A stretch of 64,000 nucleotides of DNA, from assembly GCA_051294375.1 (NCBI GenBank), contig CM119264.1, forward strand, positions 9,668,968-9,732,967, in the 5' to 3' direction. Origin of the DNA: Paraspadella gotoi. Taxonomy: Eukaryota; Animalia; Chaetognatha. A program made the translations under genes and the position numbers. Below, piece by piece: positions 26,781 to 43,837 of the stretch (position 1 is its first letter; each line of letters starts with the position of its first letter). The notes beneath the pieces are model-generated. The model made no database searches and was not told the origin of the DNA. It saw only the letters and a program-made list of their open reading frames with translations.

Positions 26781-28419
26781 GACGGAGAAATACAGCGATG
26801 GCGGGAAAAAGGGGGGAAAAGGAAAAAACGAGAAAAGGCGACAGAAGCGGAAGACAGATTTGTTTATCGTCCTTATTTGTTGTTGTGATGAGCGATGACT
26901 CGAAAGTGGATGGAGAGAAACGGGTGGGGGGGGGGAATCCGTGCAGGAGTGACGGAGGAAGTAATGGAGGGAAACATGAGGCGGGCATGGGAAAGCTGGG
27001 GTAAGCAAGGTCAGACAGGGCCGAGCAATTCGTGATTTGAATTAATAAGATGTCCGGTTAAACGGCCTCGACACAAAGAGTAGCATGATTACGAGATAGC
27101 AAGGGTTGGCAAGGGGTACGTAAATTATGCGAAATAGTAAAGTCGGGGCCAGGTAATGCATGCAAAAAACAGGGCAAGGCAAGTTTAGGCAAATTTGGTT
27201 AAAAGAAAATAAAGAGGATGAAACAGGAAAATCACTTGAACAAAAACATTGGTTGTGACAAAAGAGGACAGGAACAAAACAAAAAAAAAGAATAACTCGA
27301 ATTTCAGCGCTGACAAAAAAAAGGGGGCGTGCAGTAAGATTTGCGTCGGCCGACCCTCAGGGTTGCGCCCGCCGTCAGAGTGTACGTTTGGCGCGTTTCG
27401 GTCGGTCGCGATTTTGGCTCGAGTTCCGCGAGGATAAATCAAACTCGTTTAAAATCGATTAAAATTCCATCGTAAAAAATAAAACGAATAAAATACTGCT
27501 CTCTTTAGATTTTATCATTTTTCTTTAACTTCAAGCACTATAATAATTGTTTTTTTATTTCTAAGTCATATTGATGCTTTATAAATGAAGAAGTAATAAA
27601 ACATTTTTCACTTTTTTAAAATAATATTATTTCAGCAACGGCAGGGATCACTTATGAGTTTTGACGTTCGGCTTCTTAACTGTTGGAGTTCGGAGATTCG
27701 GAAACTCAATTAAGTAAAAAAGTTTCGCTTTATCGAGAATGAACCCGGAAGACTCTGTAGGGTAAACGCCGCTTACCCATTGCGTCTGATCTTAATAGAG
27801 TTGATAAAGAGGCGGCTTTGATGCAACGCATTCAGTTGTCGTGAAAGTGACACTGCATTGTTAACGATTCGAAAAGTGAGTCGTGAAGCAGGTGTTGAAG
27901 TGGAATATTGAAGTTTGCTTCAATAATTAAAAATTTAATGTGAAATCTGGTCTGGAAAGTCGGAAATTGTCGAAACATTTTCCGTGGAGACTTCTTTTAT
28001 TGGCAGCGAATCGAATGTCGAAAGTGAGGTCTCTTTTTCCCCAGAGCTTGGTGACCTGAAGCCCTGACTCCATCTAAATTAAAAGATATAGACGTAGTGC
28101 CACCTAAACTTTTAACTCCAAGTTGGGTATTTTATAGAATAAAAGACAAATAACTCATGAGATCATCATTTGCCACGCTCTATTCCCTCATCTTACAATC
28201 ATAGCGTCTCATCCTCCAATCATTGAGCCTCACCCTACAATCATTGTGCCCTACCCGCGTAACCGCCATTTCGGTGCCTCGTTCCGTCGGTGGAACGAAG
28301 CGCCTCGAGGGACCTCTGTCGTTCTGCGAAGACATTAGCAAACAAAGCGGCAACCGGCACTAAACAAATGGCCATCAAGAAAAACATTTCTTTTTCTTTT
28401 CTCTCTCTCTCTCTCTTCT

Positions 28420-28481
<62 letters not shown>

Positions 28482-28616
28482 TCTTCTCTTCTCTTCTCTT
28501 TCTTTTTTTCTTCGCTCAAGTTACTATCTTTCGCGACTCAATTTTTTTTTGGAATGTATTTATTTTTTTTGGGATTATATTTATACATTTTTTGGCTGAT
28601 ACAAAAAGACCTTTTC

Positions 28617-28674
<58 letters not shown>

Positions 28675-29214
28675 GTTTCTCAAGTCAGGTTTCCCTTCTT
28701 CGATGCCCTTGAAAACCTAAAAAAAAGCAGAATAAAAAATTGTCTTTTTCTTTTTTTTTAATTCCATTTTTCCTTTTTTGTCGATTTTCAATTTTTTGCC
28801 ATATTTTCTTTCTTTTTATTTCTTTTTTTAGTTGCCGTCCTCATTTTTTTCTCATTTTCCTATTTTTTTTTTATTTCTTTCTTTTTTACGATTATGCTTT
28901 GTGTAAATTCTAAAGCTGAAAGGCAAAGACAGGTCTGTAACAAAAAAAAAAAAAAACTAGACCATCGCGTGTTTACTTACATTAAGTTAGATGTAAATGA
29001 GTATTCTATAAAAAAAATTATTAAAGCATTTATTTATGTTTTTCACTTTTTATCTATTTTCTGAATTGTAGAGATTATTTGTATTAAATATAAAATATAC
29101 TATCATGAAATAATTTTTTTTATTTATAGAATATAATCGATTTTGCGGCTTATAGAGAAACTTCAATTGGTAAAGAGGAATTTCGGTGCGAAAAAAGCAA
29201 AAAAATCGAGTTCA

Positions 29215-29397
29215 CTGGGAGTGAATAAATAAGACTGTGAGAGAGTCTTGATTGAAAGCTTGCAGAAACCTGCTATGTTATTATCTTGTAAGTGTGATGG
29301 AGGCCTTAAACCACCAAAGCCTGTCCAAAGTCAGGGACAAGATAGCTTATTTATTAAATGAATGGTTAATTTTTATATTGGTTGTACCAATTTCATA
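29215..29397 (+). repeat. Interspersed repeat fragment (~185 bp), inverted copy at 47118-47300
   Basis: ctgggagtgaataaa...gatggaggccttaaaccaccaaagcctgtccaaagtcagg...tatattggttgtaccaatttcata matches the reverse complement of 47118-47300. Confidence 0.85.
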
Positions 29398-31158
29398 AAA
29401 TAACGGAGAGACTCGAAAATGCGTTGACGCTTAAAGTTTTCCCCGGGATTCGATTTTTCTGTAATTTTGCGGAGAGAAAAAATTTGAGTCGAATTGCATT
29501 ATGATGCTCCGCAATTTCACACATGTGAACGATTCGAGTTTATTAAAAGAAAAAACCCTTTGAAGCATTAACTATTTTGAAAAGGATGGTGAGTATATAA
29601 TTATTATTTAAGAAATATCATTTATTGCCCCCGCGTGTTTCGAAATCGTTGTTTTTATCCCGCCGCCCGTCGTTTTCAGTTTGCTGCATCGATCGTGATT
29701 CGAATCGTCGAATCGCAACGAAGTCCTGATCGCACCCGGATGTTTACTCTCGCTTCCGAATCCTATTTAAATTCCCTTCCGCTTTCTCGCCCTCGTTCTC
29801 TCTCTCTCTCTCCCTCTCCCTTTCAGCCGAATTATCGTTCCCGTCTTCCGTTCATTTTTATATCTTTCTTTTCTTTCTATTTTAGTTTTGCATCTTCCTT
29901 TCGCTTCTGTTCAATTTGGTTTCTTAATTTCCTACATCCTCATTTCTGATTACATCCTTTTTCCTTTTTCTTTCCTTCCATCCTGATATTTCCACCTCCA
30001 ATTCGTTTCGCTCTTTCCCCCACGCTTTAAAACCTTCCCCCCCACCTTTCCCCCGGGCGGGAGTGTATGAAAGGCGAACCTAAAATTAGAGTCTGGCCTC
30101 GCGAGTTGTTGACTTGTCAAACTCAGCGGTGACGAATCGCGCAAAGTAATTTGTGGAAAAATGAAACGAGACTCTGGCTCAGGCTGGGCCGATGTGGGGA
30201 CGGGGGGGGGGCTTTTGGTTGAGGGTAAGGAGCGAGGGGTGGGCGAAAGAGAAGAGGGTGCCGAGGAGTTGAAAGAGGGGGTTGGAAGGATGGCCGGGGA
30301 GGCGAGTAAGGATTAGTGAGGATCGAATGCTGGGTTAGGAGGGAGAGGTAGGAAAAGGTCAAGGGGTACTCAGTGAGTACTACTCACTGCTCAGGGAAGG
30401 TGAAGGAAAGACGGGATAAGAAGGCACTGGAATCAAGTATCAAAGAAAGGCTAAATAGTAGACGAACAAGGACGTGACAGAAGATAAAGGTACGAGAAGG
30501 AAACGAGGCGCAAATTGCGTCAATTGAGTCATTGTCATGTTTCAGGATCGACGGTCAAGTTATTTGTCTTTTTTCGATGTGTCTGGAGTTAAAACGTGGG
30601 ATGGTTGATAGTCATGGTGTGCGGAGTTGGCTGGATAAAAGCGAAATCCGTGATTCAAGGGGAGTGAGTTTATTTGGAACGGAGCAGTTTGAAAATCCTT
30701 GGGAAAAAGTTGGTGAGAAAAGTGAGAACCGAGGAGGAAGTGAAATGGAAGAACCTCGAGATCCCCGAAGGAATCTCGGATAATGTGAGCCTGAACGAAT
30801 CGAAAGATTTTGTGGAGTCGAGTTTATTAAATGTTAAACTCTCGCTTAAACGTTTCAAAGTTTTCGTTTATAACTTTATTAAATGTCATGCTTATTTTGG
30901 ATTCTAAAGAAAGAATATAACTTCTGAAAATTATCTTCGTTGCTAAAAATAGTAATAAAAATCAAGGACGATTTATCTCTTTTCATGCAAGGCAGTTTCG
31001 AGAATGGGGCGAAATTAAAGTTGGGTTGTGGGACATTTTCATTTTTAAACCGGTGGCTACAAATTCTGCTCTCTATTAATCCCATGCTCCAACAATTCAA
31101 GGCAAAAAAGGCGTCTCCTTATTATTATGTGCAGGCCATAGTGCTAAATAACACATAG

Positions 31159-31257
<99 letters not shown>

Positions 31258-32035
31258 GGCCCCGAACGTTTGGCGCGGTTTTCTACTCTTAAATTAGCAA
31301 TAAAATATTCATGAGCTCTTTCGACTATGAAAAAGATTTCCAAAAATACGAAAGAAAGAAAAGACAAAAAAATTTAAAGTAAAGAAATGAAAGGAAAAAA
31401 AAAGGAAGAAGAGGAAAAAAATAGGGAATTTCCTCCCTCCTCGCCCTTTGAAAAGAAAAAAAGAAAAGAATTTAGGAAAGAAAAAAAAAGAAACTGGAAT
31501 GGAGAATCGAGTTCTCGTTCTCGAAGACTTCCATCTTTTTACTCAGGCGTAAACGCGTAATAGCTAATAAATTATTGGCTCACTTTTCTCCTTCAATTTC
31601 CACGTCGTCACTCGCAGAGATAATTGCAGCCATGGAAACGTTCAACTTCGATCGTTGAAGAAAGTGACAGGAAGGTGGAGCCTTTGCGCTTCGTTTTATT
31701 GTCGTGACTGAAATAACGTACGACGATGAGGGAAAACGTTATTGACGCGTAGTTCTGCCTCTTAAACTACATTAAATTTAAAATTATTAATTTTAGATTA
31801 TTTTTCGTTGACGATTCGATTTATCGGCAAATCATTACTAATAACACTGCCCATTGGATAAGGCTGTACCGTCATCTTCGAACCCAATGGAACCGGGTTC
31901 GAACCCTGCAAAAGAGAGGAAAAGTTGCCTTGGAAAGATCTCCGAGGCCAACATTTTGTTCATTTCAAAATCATTTTTATAATAAACGTTGTTAAAGACA
32001 CAAGTGCGACCAAGTTTAACCTCTCCCATTGTTAA

Positions 32036-33886
<1,851 letters not shown>

Positions 33887-35157
33887 ACGGCGCCGAGACT
33901 AAACTTCGTTAAAAGATAACATTTGAAAACTCAATGTGGCCGTACCACTTTTTGAAAAATGTCTGGAAAAGAGTGCATGGTGACCAACAAAGTTGTTGTT
34001 TTTGGCTTGTGAAAATTCTTCCAAGGACGGCAATCAGTCTACTAATTCCAATGGGTTTTGCTTCGAAGTATTTAAATTGCTCTTACAAAGGTATCTTTCA
34101 GAAGTTTTAGCTTAACAGTGAACAGTTTCAAGTGGTGTTGGTTTCTTTATCGCGTGCGGGCGCTAAGATTTGACTTCTCGGCGATTTTGACGGGCGAGAA
34201 TATAAAACTTTTTTTTTCATCGCAAGTCAATATTCAAAACATACGAAGTAATTAGAATCTTATGTATGGAATAGAATTATGCCGGGTTTATGTTTATTTT
34301 AATTTTCGTTGCATATACGACGTATGTTTTTATTTTATGTATTCTTCACTGATACATACTTAAACGTTTCCTTAAAATAAGGTAATTTATAGAAGTAAAT
34401 GGATTTTCTTCAAAATTGCTTTTTTCAAGTACAAGATAATTTTGGTTTTGAAATTAGTATTAATTTTTTTATATAGGTCGTACCAATTTCACGAAATAAA
34501 AAGTTATGGAGATACCGTTTAAATTAAATCAAGTATTTCAGCCGATTTCGCTGAACTTAAAAAAACTTGGCTACCAATTTAATTATCTGTTTCGACCAGA
34601 GTACTTTCACAAAGTCTTAAAATTTCGACTAATAAATTTGAATAGAATGTCCCCTTTTTTCCCGTCGAGTTTAAAATTCAAATCCATCGAAATGTTCAAC
34701 CCTCTCCCCTCCCCAACTCTTTTTTTCTCTCTCTCTCTCTCATTGATGTTTATATGTTATCGAATAACAGTCAACCATAAAATAACAATTAAAATAAATT
34801 TATGTATTGTTGAATTGATTTAAAAAAAAAAATTATCGCCTTTCGATTCCAAGTTTAGTTTCGCTTAATCCTGTAAACCCTTTGATTTTTGTCGTGGTTA
34901 AAAAAAAATCTAGTCTTTGTCCTGAAAAAAAAAATTGTATTGACTAAAAATTTATTTCATAAAAAGAAAATGTTTACAAATTTTAAACACATGCTCATTT
35001 GTTCAGTGTTTGATGATTAGTGTTGAATATAAATGATACCTCTCAACAATTAACTTATTTATAATGCTAATTGTTTCACGGAAAAAAAAAGAAAGATGCA
35101 GTTTTGACCAATTAATAGCTTTTAGGAGACTGTAAGGAGAAATAGATAGATAGATAA

Positions 35158-35202
<45 letters not shown>

Positions 35203-35366
35203 AGGCAAGAAAGAGAGATAGAGAGAGAGAGGGTGACCATGATATAAAACATCGCAAAGACGAATTTCTGTTAATGTTTATGCAAATTAGATAATTTTTT
35301 CTGCTCTCCAACCGCAATCACGAAACCGCCTTTTCTCATACTCTTGTATCGCAAGAGACCGAGAGG

Positions 35367-35420
<54 letters not shown>

Positions 35421-35841
35421 AAGAAAATATGTAAATGCGAAATTGAATAATAAAATCCGATGAAAAATCTTTTCCCAGATACGTAGTGAAAACGATTAAT
35501 ATTTTAATAAAAGTTTTCTTTTTTCAATATTTTTTTTTTTTTTTTGACGGACGAAGCATCTCTTCAATAGCGAAAAAAAGCATCATTCAGTAGATAAAAT
35601 CAAATGTTGGTATTTTGGCGTGCTAACGGTAATCAATTCTCAATATTTTCTTCCTGTTTTCTTGGCGATTCCAAGACTCAATAGCGACACCTGCTTTCGG
35701 TTGCAGACGATAAATCGACCCTTTGTCAATCGAAAATTAAACTAAACTAAATTAACAATTCACGATTTATATGCAGAGCGATAACAAAAACAACTCTTGA
35801 AGACTCCCAATCTCCGAGGATTTTAAAAATTGATACAGGAA

Positions 35842-35979
<138 letters not shown>

Positions 35980-36279
35980 TTGTGTGCGTCTTGGAACGTT
36001 TGATAGAATTTAATAGTTTAAATACGTATATATGAACAGAAATCGAATTAGAATCAAATAGAATCAAACAAATCTAGACCTAACCGACTAACCGATTAAC
36101 CGACTAACCAGCTACTTATGATTCCTTCAAAATAATGTCATAAACTTGTAAAAATGATTTCTAAAGACAGTAGGTGAAAGAGAGATAAAGAGAGAGTGAA
36201 AGAAAAAAAGAAAGAAAATGGAGAAGGAAGGAAAAGGGTTGGGTAAGAATGAAAGAAAGGTACAGTGATAAAAAACTAG

Positions 36280-36365
<86 letters not shown>

Positions 36366-39300
36366 AACGTTCCGGATAACGATTTTTGTCATTACGTCGG
36401 GAAATTTCATCAAACGCTTTGGAAAGAAAAAAAATCCCTGAGGAAACATTAGTTGCTCCGGTTTTTCTTCTCTTCCATATAAGGCGCGAAGGCAACAGAA
36501 AAAAAGAATCAAAATAAAAAGGGGAAAAGTTGGTCTTTTTTTTCAGCCGCGACTCGCGAAAGCGACTGTTTTTTCTAACTTTATTTAAAAATGACGTATT
36601 ATTATATTTATTTAGCATAATTTTAAATTTTTATAACCAAATTATATTTTAAAAATTAAATGTGTTTGGATTTTAGATTTTGTGTTTAGATCTTTTATTA
36701 ATCTTTTATTATTATCTATTTACAATATTTTTTCGGAAAAATTATCGCACGGAATTCCTTAATATTTCAATTGTCAAAAACCTTAAAAATGTACATAAAA
36801 ATTTAAATAAGTAAGAGTTTCTCATAATATTCATTTTACAAAATATTTTGCAGCAACCGTCGCAACTTTGCTCAAATCCTTTCTGTTTATTTCCTCTTTC
36901 CTTCTTTAGATTTTCTGATTCTTGATTTTTCAAGTTTCGCTGCCCCGCTCCGCCGCTGGCCCAACAGGGCGATTTGTCATTTTCGATGTTAAAGGGGTGA
37001 GAGAGATGTGGGAAAAAAGCGGAGAAGGGGGAAAAGGGAGATGTAAAAGGAAGATGCAATATCACTCCGGTGTCTGCATGGCAGAAAGAGACTCGTACTT
37101 GGCCAGCGAAATCTATAATCTTTTTAGAAAGTAACCTGGTCCTTTTTAAAAAGGAAGATTCAGCATCGGGTAAGGAAAGGTAAGGACACGGAGGCAATCA
37201 GTCGACTCATATTAATTTCCTGGATTTCGAAGGTTGACGAAAGAGTGACATCCACGAGATGTCGAGACGCTAATTGCAAAAGGAAGATTTGCGTGGATAA
37301 TTCTTGCGATGTATTACGGATGACGGTGATCTGTGTTTGATAATTTTGATTAGATTTCAGAGAGAGCGAGAAAAGAAGAGAAACGAAGTGATGAGAGAGA
37401 GACAGGAGAGAGAGAGAGAGATGAGAGACTGAGGACAGAGATGGAGAGAGAGAGAGCGACGTTAACTATTTCTCTCTGATATCCCATATTTTACTTCTAC
37501 GGAGTCACTGACATATCACGCGTGGCATATCATAATCATGATTATGTTTTCTGCCCCATCATATCCGATAGGAATTTTCTTATTTCTTATTACTTATTTC
37601 CTTAGATCGTACATCATGTTTATCAGAATCGTTAACTATATCATCATTTTAATTACTAATATCATATTTTGTAACCTCGTACAACATCGTGTCACCACTA
37701 AACATCATCATCATCAAGCAATATCATTCTCGAATCAATTTTTTTCTTCATTCTTTATCGATTTTCACGCTAATTTCGTCGACGTCGTTATGGTGCGGAA
37801 AACCTCTTGTATTATCGGATTTTTTTTTCTTTTCCGCTTCGGTTTTTTTAAGGTTGAATCGTTGTTAGTATCTTTCCTGGCGAATATATAAAGTCTCTAA
37901 TACATGCTTTTACACTTCTTAATTAAATTTTGCCTTTTTCTCATGTGTAGTAGCTGAAACGTGCTATCAGAGTAGTCTCAGAGTGTGAACCAGGCAAATC
38001 GACGCTCTTAACAAACTAAAAGATAACAGATTCAGCAGGAGTTTGGGTCATTATTATTAACCTTTTTGGCTGTTTTAACACGGAATTATCCTTTATAGTT
38101 TGAAAACCTTATTGGAATAGATGTACTTTGGAGTTGTTCTAAATTGGCGATCCGGATTCTAAAGAGGGCTAAAGCGGCGCAATTAAAAATATATGAGGCT
38201 GATAAAAAAAAAAACAGTCTAACTCAACATGTCGATCGAGTTCTACAACCCGAGTTTACGAGTTTATCAAGAAAATTAATTCGTTGAAACCTTTCAAGCG
38301 GATGGAACCGTTTCTAGTAAATAACATCGAAGCTGCCACGTTTCCCTTCGATTCCCCGACGCTCATAAAACGTGAAGAAATTAAACCGGAAAATTAATTA
38401 AGATCGCAGGAACGCGATCAATAGCTTTATCTGGAATAAAATTTTGTGAAATGTTATGTAAAAATTTAAATTAAATACAGTAAGAATTTGATTCTTGCCT
38501 TGGGTATCCGACCAGTTTAACTATTTACCATTTAAAGTTTAGCAGCAACATCAGTTTAAAAGAACTAATTTAGTTAAAGAGGTACCAATTTTAACTTACA
38601 ACTGCGAATTAACAATGTTTTTGGAATGACCTTTTTTTTGTCTAATATACAAGAAGAAACAACAAACTAAAAATTCGCAACCAAGAAAAAAGAAAAAAAA
38701 AAGAAGAAAACCAAAAACATTCTTTCATATTCGTTTTTTGACGGGAGACGGCGTTGTTTTGTTCGATTGTTGATTCGGCGTCGACTGCGACTGACGTGGC
38801 GGCCGCCCGGAGCGCCACGATCGCCGCCCGGAAGAAAAAAAAGTTAACTCGCGGAGTAAACAAAGGACTAGCGGAAAAAAGGAAAGGAAGAGAATTATTA
38901 GAAAGAAGGAACGTGAAGAAGAAACCTTGTCGACAGGTAGAAAATGAAAAAAAGGAGGGAAAGAGATTGGAGGGGAAGAGGATGAGGAGAAGAAAAAGGG
39001 AAAAAAAAATAAGCGCTTGATTTATGTGAAGTCTTATATATGTGGGAGAGAGTAGAACTACTAGTCGAAGAGAAAGTGAGTGGGTGGACGAGCAGCCGAT
39101 TAGAAACGAGATACGAAAAGATCAAATAGAAAAGGGGAAAAAAATAAGGGGGGGGGATTAAGGAAGAGAGAAAACAAAGAAGGTTTAAAAAGGACAACGA
39201 CTAAAGCCCCCCTCCAAAAAAAAAAAAAAATAAAAGAGAAAGAAATATAACTAATTTTCGTAAGAGAAATAAAAGAATCGAAAATACGAAAGGAAAAAAA

Positions 39301-39631
39301 ACCAAAAAAACTTAAAGAATAGAAACAGAAAAAAAGAGAGAAAATAAAAGATTAAACAAAATTACAAAAAATATTAAGATTCACGCGAATCTAATTCTCC
39401 CAATTACACCAAGGCGGAAATTCCAACTTTGAAGGCGAATTTTTGGTTTTCCTAAAGCGATTTAAAAAAGTAGCTCAACTTCTCTCTCTTCTCTCACTTC
39501 CCAACTCCTCATCGACTTTCGCGATTCTCTCTATTCCTTTCTTCCACTTCCCTCTCTTTTATTTTTTTATTTCCTCGTTCTCCCTTCTCCCTCCACCCTC
39601 TCCCCCTCTCGCTTTCCTCCCTGCCGTCCAG

Positions 39632-39666
39632 CTCGCCTCCCTCCGGAGTTTTAATCACTCCGGCGC

Positions 39667-39715
<49 letters not shown>

Positions 39716-40071
39716 TACGACGACGACGACGACTACGACGACGACTTCAAGGACGACGACGGAAAAACCCAAGAAGACAACAAGGAAGAGGGAAAGAAAC
39801 AGTTTCTGTCTTCTTTTCCCCTTTATCAACTTCGACGACTTTTGCAACATGGACGGCATCAGGGCATTAGGCTTTAGTATTACTGCCCGGCCATCGCGCA
39901 GACAATCATCGGCATTGACAGAAAAAAAAGGTGTTGACGGCAGTTGCAGTATTTGGGGTATTGACGGCATTGGCAGCGGCAGCGAACGCTTGGCGGATAT
40001 CTCCTTGTCCTTTGTTTCAACGACCCTATAAAATCAGGAATGGCCGGAGCTCTCGTTGTCTTCAATGCTGA
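39632..40071 (+). CDS. Candidate terminal exon of a membrane-anchored protein with Thr-rich (mucin-like) stalk
   Basis: Strong pyrimidine tract and CAG ending at 39631. Frame reads SPPSGVLITPAP(T)nSRTTTEKPKK...FDDFCNMDGIRALG...RQSSALTEKK; removing one A from the A8 run at 39922-39929 continues into hydrophobic VLTAVAVFGVLTALAAAANAW...TGA (40069-40071). Upstream exons not identified. Confidence 0.3.
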
Positions 40072-42374
40072 GTTGTCGTTGTCATTGTTTAGGTTGTTGT
40101 TATAGTTGTTGTCATTGTTGTTGTTGACGTTAATTTTTTTCTCTCTTAGTTTTTATAGCTTTTTTTTTTTTTTTTTTTTATTTCTCTGTTACAATAAATT
40201 CGTGATTTATTTTCGATCGTCAAATAATTATTTTTGTTCTTCATCTTCATAATTGTTAGCTTTAGCTGTTTCTTGAATCGCCTGATTGTGGTGGCAACCG
40301 AAGACTATCTGTCTAATGGAAAAAGAAAGGGGAGAAAAACGAAAAGAAAATTTGCGTTCATCGAAGTCGTTTTTGTCATTTTGCTCATCGTCATTGTTCA
40401 TGTTGAAAGAAGTTGTTTTTGGTCGTTGTCATTGTTGTCGTTGTCATTGTCGTCGTCTTTTCAGTCGTCAACGCCGTCGTCATTGTCGTTTCTTTCTTCT
40501 CGTTTTTGCGCCAAACGAAAAGTGGTGGGCGTCGCGTATTTAGTTTTCGTTCTTCTTTCGTTTTCAACCTTTGATCTCAAACTTTTTTTTTTTTGCGTCT
40601 CTACTTCGCCTCTTAACTTTTCTTCTCTCATTTCCATTTCTTTAAGGTTTCTCATTTTCTTTGTTTCGCTTCATCAAACGATTAAGTTTAAATGTTTTTA
40701 ATCCTAGAAAGCCGCTTTTATGATAAAAATATTGAAAAAAAATAGCGTCTTTTCTTTTTGTGTGTTAATCTGTCTATATATCCTTTTTTTCCCTATTTTT
40801 TGTCAATCTCTAAATTCTAGCATTTTTGATATTTTTATTTTAAGATCTGTTAACAGAATTTTTTCATCAGGTCGCTTATTTTCTCCAGACTTCAAACTTA
40901 TTTCTTTTATCCCTGATATTATTTCTGAAAAGTCGGTTATATTTAAAGAAATGGATATTTAATTCACTTTACACTCATTTTTTTCCCTTTTCCTCTCCTT
41001 TTTCCCTTTCCTTCTTCTTCTTCTCATTTTTCTTCCTTTTTTTCCTTCTTTCTCTCTTTCATCTCTTTCCTCTCCCTCCGTTACCCCGGACCTTTGCGCC
41101 GTTTATCCGTGTCAGTGACTCGTCACCCTTTTATCCACCTCCTCCTGCTCCTCCTCCTGCTCCTCCTCTTCCTCCTTCTTTCCTCTTCCTCCTCCAACCT
41201 CCTTCCTCGGTCTCTCATCAACTACTCATCTTCGACGCACCAGCAAGGTCGTTGTTTATTGCACCCAATTAACGCAGATGAGAGTGAGTCAAAGGAGTTA
41301 AGTTATACATTTTCGCATTCGAGTCACGAAAACTGCGTCTGGGAAAAAAAATGGCTACATTTCATCTTTAAGTCAAGGACAGAAAACAGGAAACTAAAAA
41401 AAAATATGTATAATAAGAACCTATTTTTAATCTGTAATCAAGTTACAAGGTAATTATTGTTATTTTAAAACCGAACCGCGCAGAGTAAATTCGGAAAAGA
41501 AAAGCGCTGACTGAGTAAACCAAATTTTAGATTTCTTTACCAGTTTCAGGCTTCTCTTTCCTTTTATTTCCATATTGGTCTCTTCATTTATACGAAGTAT
41601 TTTGTTCCTACTTATGTATCACATGATGACAAATGACTCTCGACCTCCTTCCCATTTCTTTTCTTTTCTTAACCCTCGCGTCTCATCGTCCCTCTCCTCC
41701 TTTATATTCCTTTTTTTTTTTGTCGTGAGAAGGAATTGATGTTTTGAACCTTTTTACTGTCGACGAGGGCAGAGAGGTCCGTGCCGCGCCGCCGGCGCTG
41801 CTGAGGACGTCGCTGACGCCGCGGCAATTTCACGGGACGACGGTGAAAACAAAAGGCTAATACAATGAAACTGAAAACTATGGAGAAAGAAAAAAGAAAA
41901 ATCGAGCGTCCCAGAGAGAAACCACAAGCTTGTTAATAGTTAGTATATTATAAGTAACTAAAGTTATAAAAAACTTTAACTTTGTGTATATATTACTGAG
42001 ATAAAAAATAGGTGACAATGCTGGTTAAAAAGAACACTTGATCATGAACCTTGAACATTGAACACTTGAACAATGAACATTGCACGTTTAGTATGTGAAA
42101 ATTGTGATACGTTAATGCTATAAGTATAAATGAGTCAAGCGCTCTGGCGGAATTATTAAAGTAAGCTTAGTCCGGCTCTGAAAAAGACTTACCAAGAGAA
42201 CTGAAAATACTTCTCATCCACTTGTAAAGGAAAGTAGCCAGATCCCGCGGGAACTTTTTGCTCAAGACCCTCTGGTGACATCAAAGGTCCCACAAAGAAA
42301 CTCACAACGACACGATTTTGAGGGAGTTTGAAAATCGTAAAACTTTGATGGACGGAAGGAGATTGACTGAGAGT

Positions 42375-42492
<118 letters not shown>

Positions 42493-42795
42493 GAAAGAGA
42501 GAGAGAGAATTCTCGTAAAATCGAAAAACGTTAGACAAAAGGTCCAATAAAAATTTTATTCAAACAGAGAAAAAAAGACGTCGATAAGATAAGAAGAAGA
42601 AAGAAAAGTCTCGATAAAAAAGACGATCGATCAAGTCAAGAAATCGATATCGATAGAAAGGAAACATCTGCGACAAAGTTCGTCTTTCGATTCAATATTC
42701 AAACGTTGAAAAAATAAATATACAGCGTCCTTTAATTCAACACTATTAATTGTTAACTCTGTTAACTGTGAGCCTTGTTCTTTGGAGACGCTGTG

Positions 42796-43170
42796 TTTTT
42801 AGCTGCGCCGCGGTCGGTCGATATGTCTGTCCGTCGGTCTGTCTCACTTACGTTAAAAATGCATATTGTATAAATGTATATATATATATATATATATGTA
42901 TATATGTGTATATATATATATGTATAAATATATATATATATATATATAAATGCAATTTGCCTATTGTAGGTTGCTCATTTGTTAAGACAGAAAAAAACCT
43001 CAAATCTCAGGGACTGCGAGGGTCGCCTTCAGCAATTCCTAAAGCATGCATGTCATCAATACAGGGGCAAAAAAAATTTAGTCATGTCATGTCATGTCAT
43101 ATCATGTGATCAAAGGGAAATAAATACATGTGTAAATATAGTCAACACATCAGAATTCCCGATCTTGTTA
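42796..43170 (+). mobile_element. Second copy of the 44504 element family, with internal (TA)n expansion
   Basis: Shares atgtctgtccgtcggtctgtc, cacttacgttaaaaatgc, gttaagacag and tttagtcatgtcatgt...catgtgatcaaaggga blocks. Confidence 0.65.
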
Positions 43171-43584
43171 TATTATCTATTTATATTTTGACGAAAACTT
43201 TGTAAACAAATAATCATCAAAGAACGAAGCGAAAAGTTATATCGAATTCCGAATCGGAAATCCAAAGAAAAGAAGATTTCGGTCGCCAGTTCGAGACGCC
43301 ATGCGGATCACGTCTCTCTCCCTTTTTACGTTCATCGTTCATCTTTTGTTTCGGATTTTCAGTCGAAAACGACGACGACGACGACGACGATGACAATGAC
43401 GACAACGACTACGAGAATATGGGCGACAATGACGGAAAGAAGTATAGAGACTTGAGTCGCAGCAAGGATGATAATTTAAGACGATTGGTACTCATTGGAT
43501 ACTGACATCTATGGAGACCAGGAGGCGAAAAGAGAGAGAGACAGGAGAGAGAGATGGAAAAGAAGAGAGAGGAAAAGAGAGGAG

Positions 43585-43650
<66 letters not shown>

Positions 43651-43795
43651 GAGAAGAGAGAGAGATATTTAATTTGATTTGATTGTCATGCCTCTAAAAT
43701 GTAAATAGTTAACATATTATCAATAAGACAACACGAACAGCCTCTCCCATTATCGAGGACTACAAGAGACGACGACGACCGACGACGAGAACGAC

Positions 43796-43837
<42 letters not shown>

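Noticed and set aside
28241-28380. MAICL motif on the minus strand as a MyTH4 exon of ARHGAP39
   Set aside because: Wrong strand and no flanking similarity.
31850-31912. B-box GGTTCGAACCC as a tRNA gene (similar motif near 46718)
   Set aside because: No cloverleaf could be formed; at most a decayed SINE fragment.
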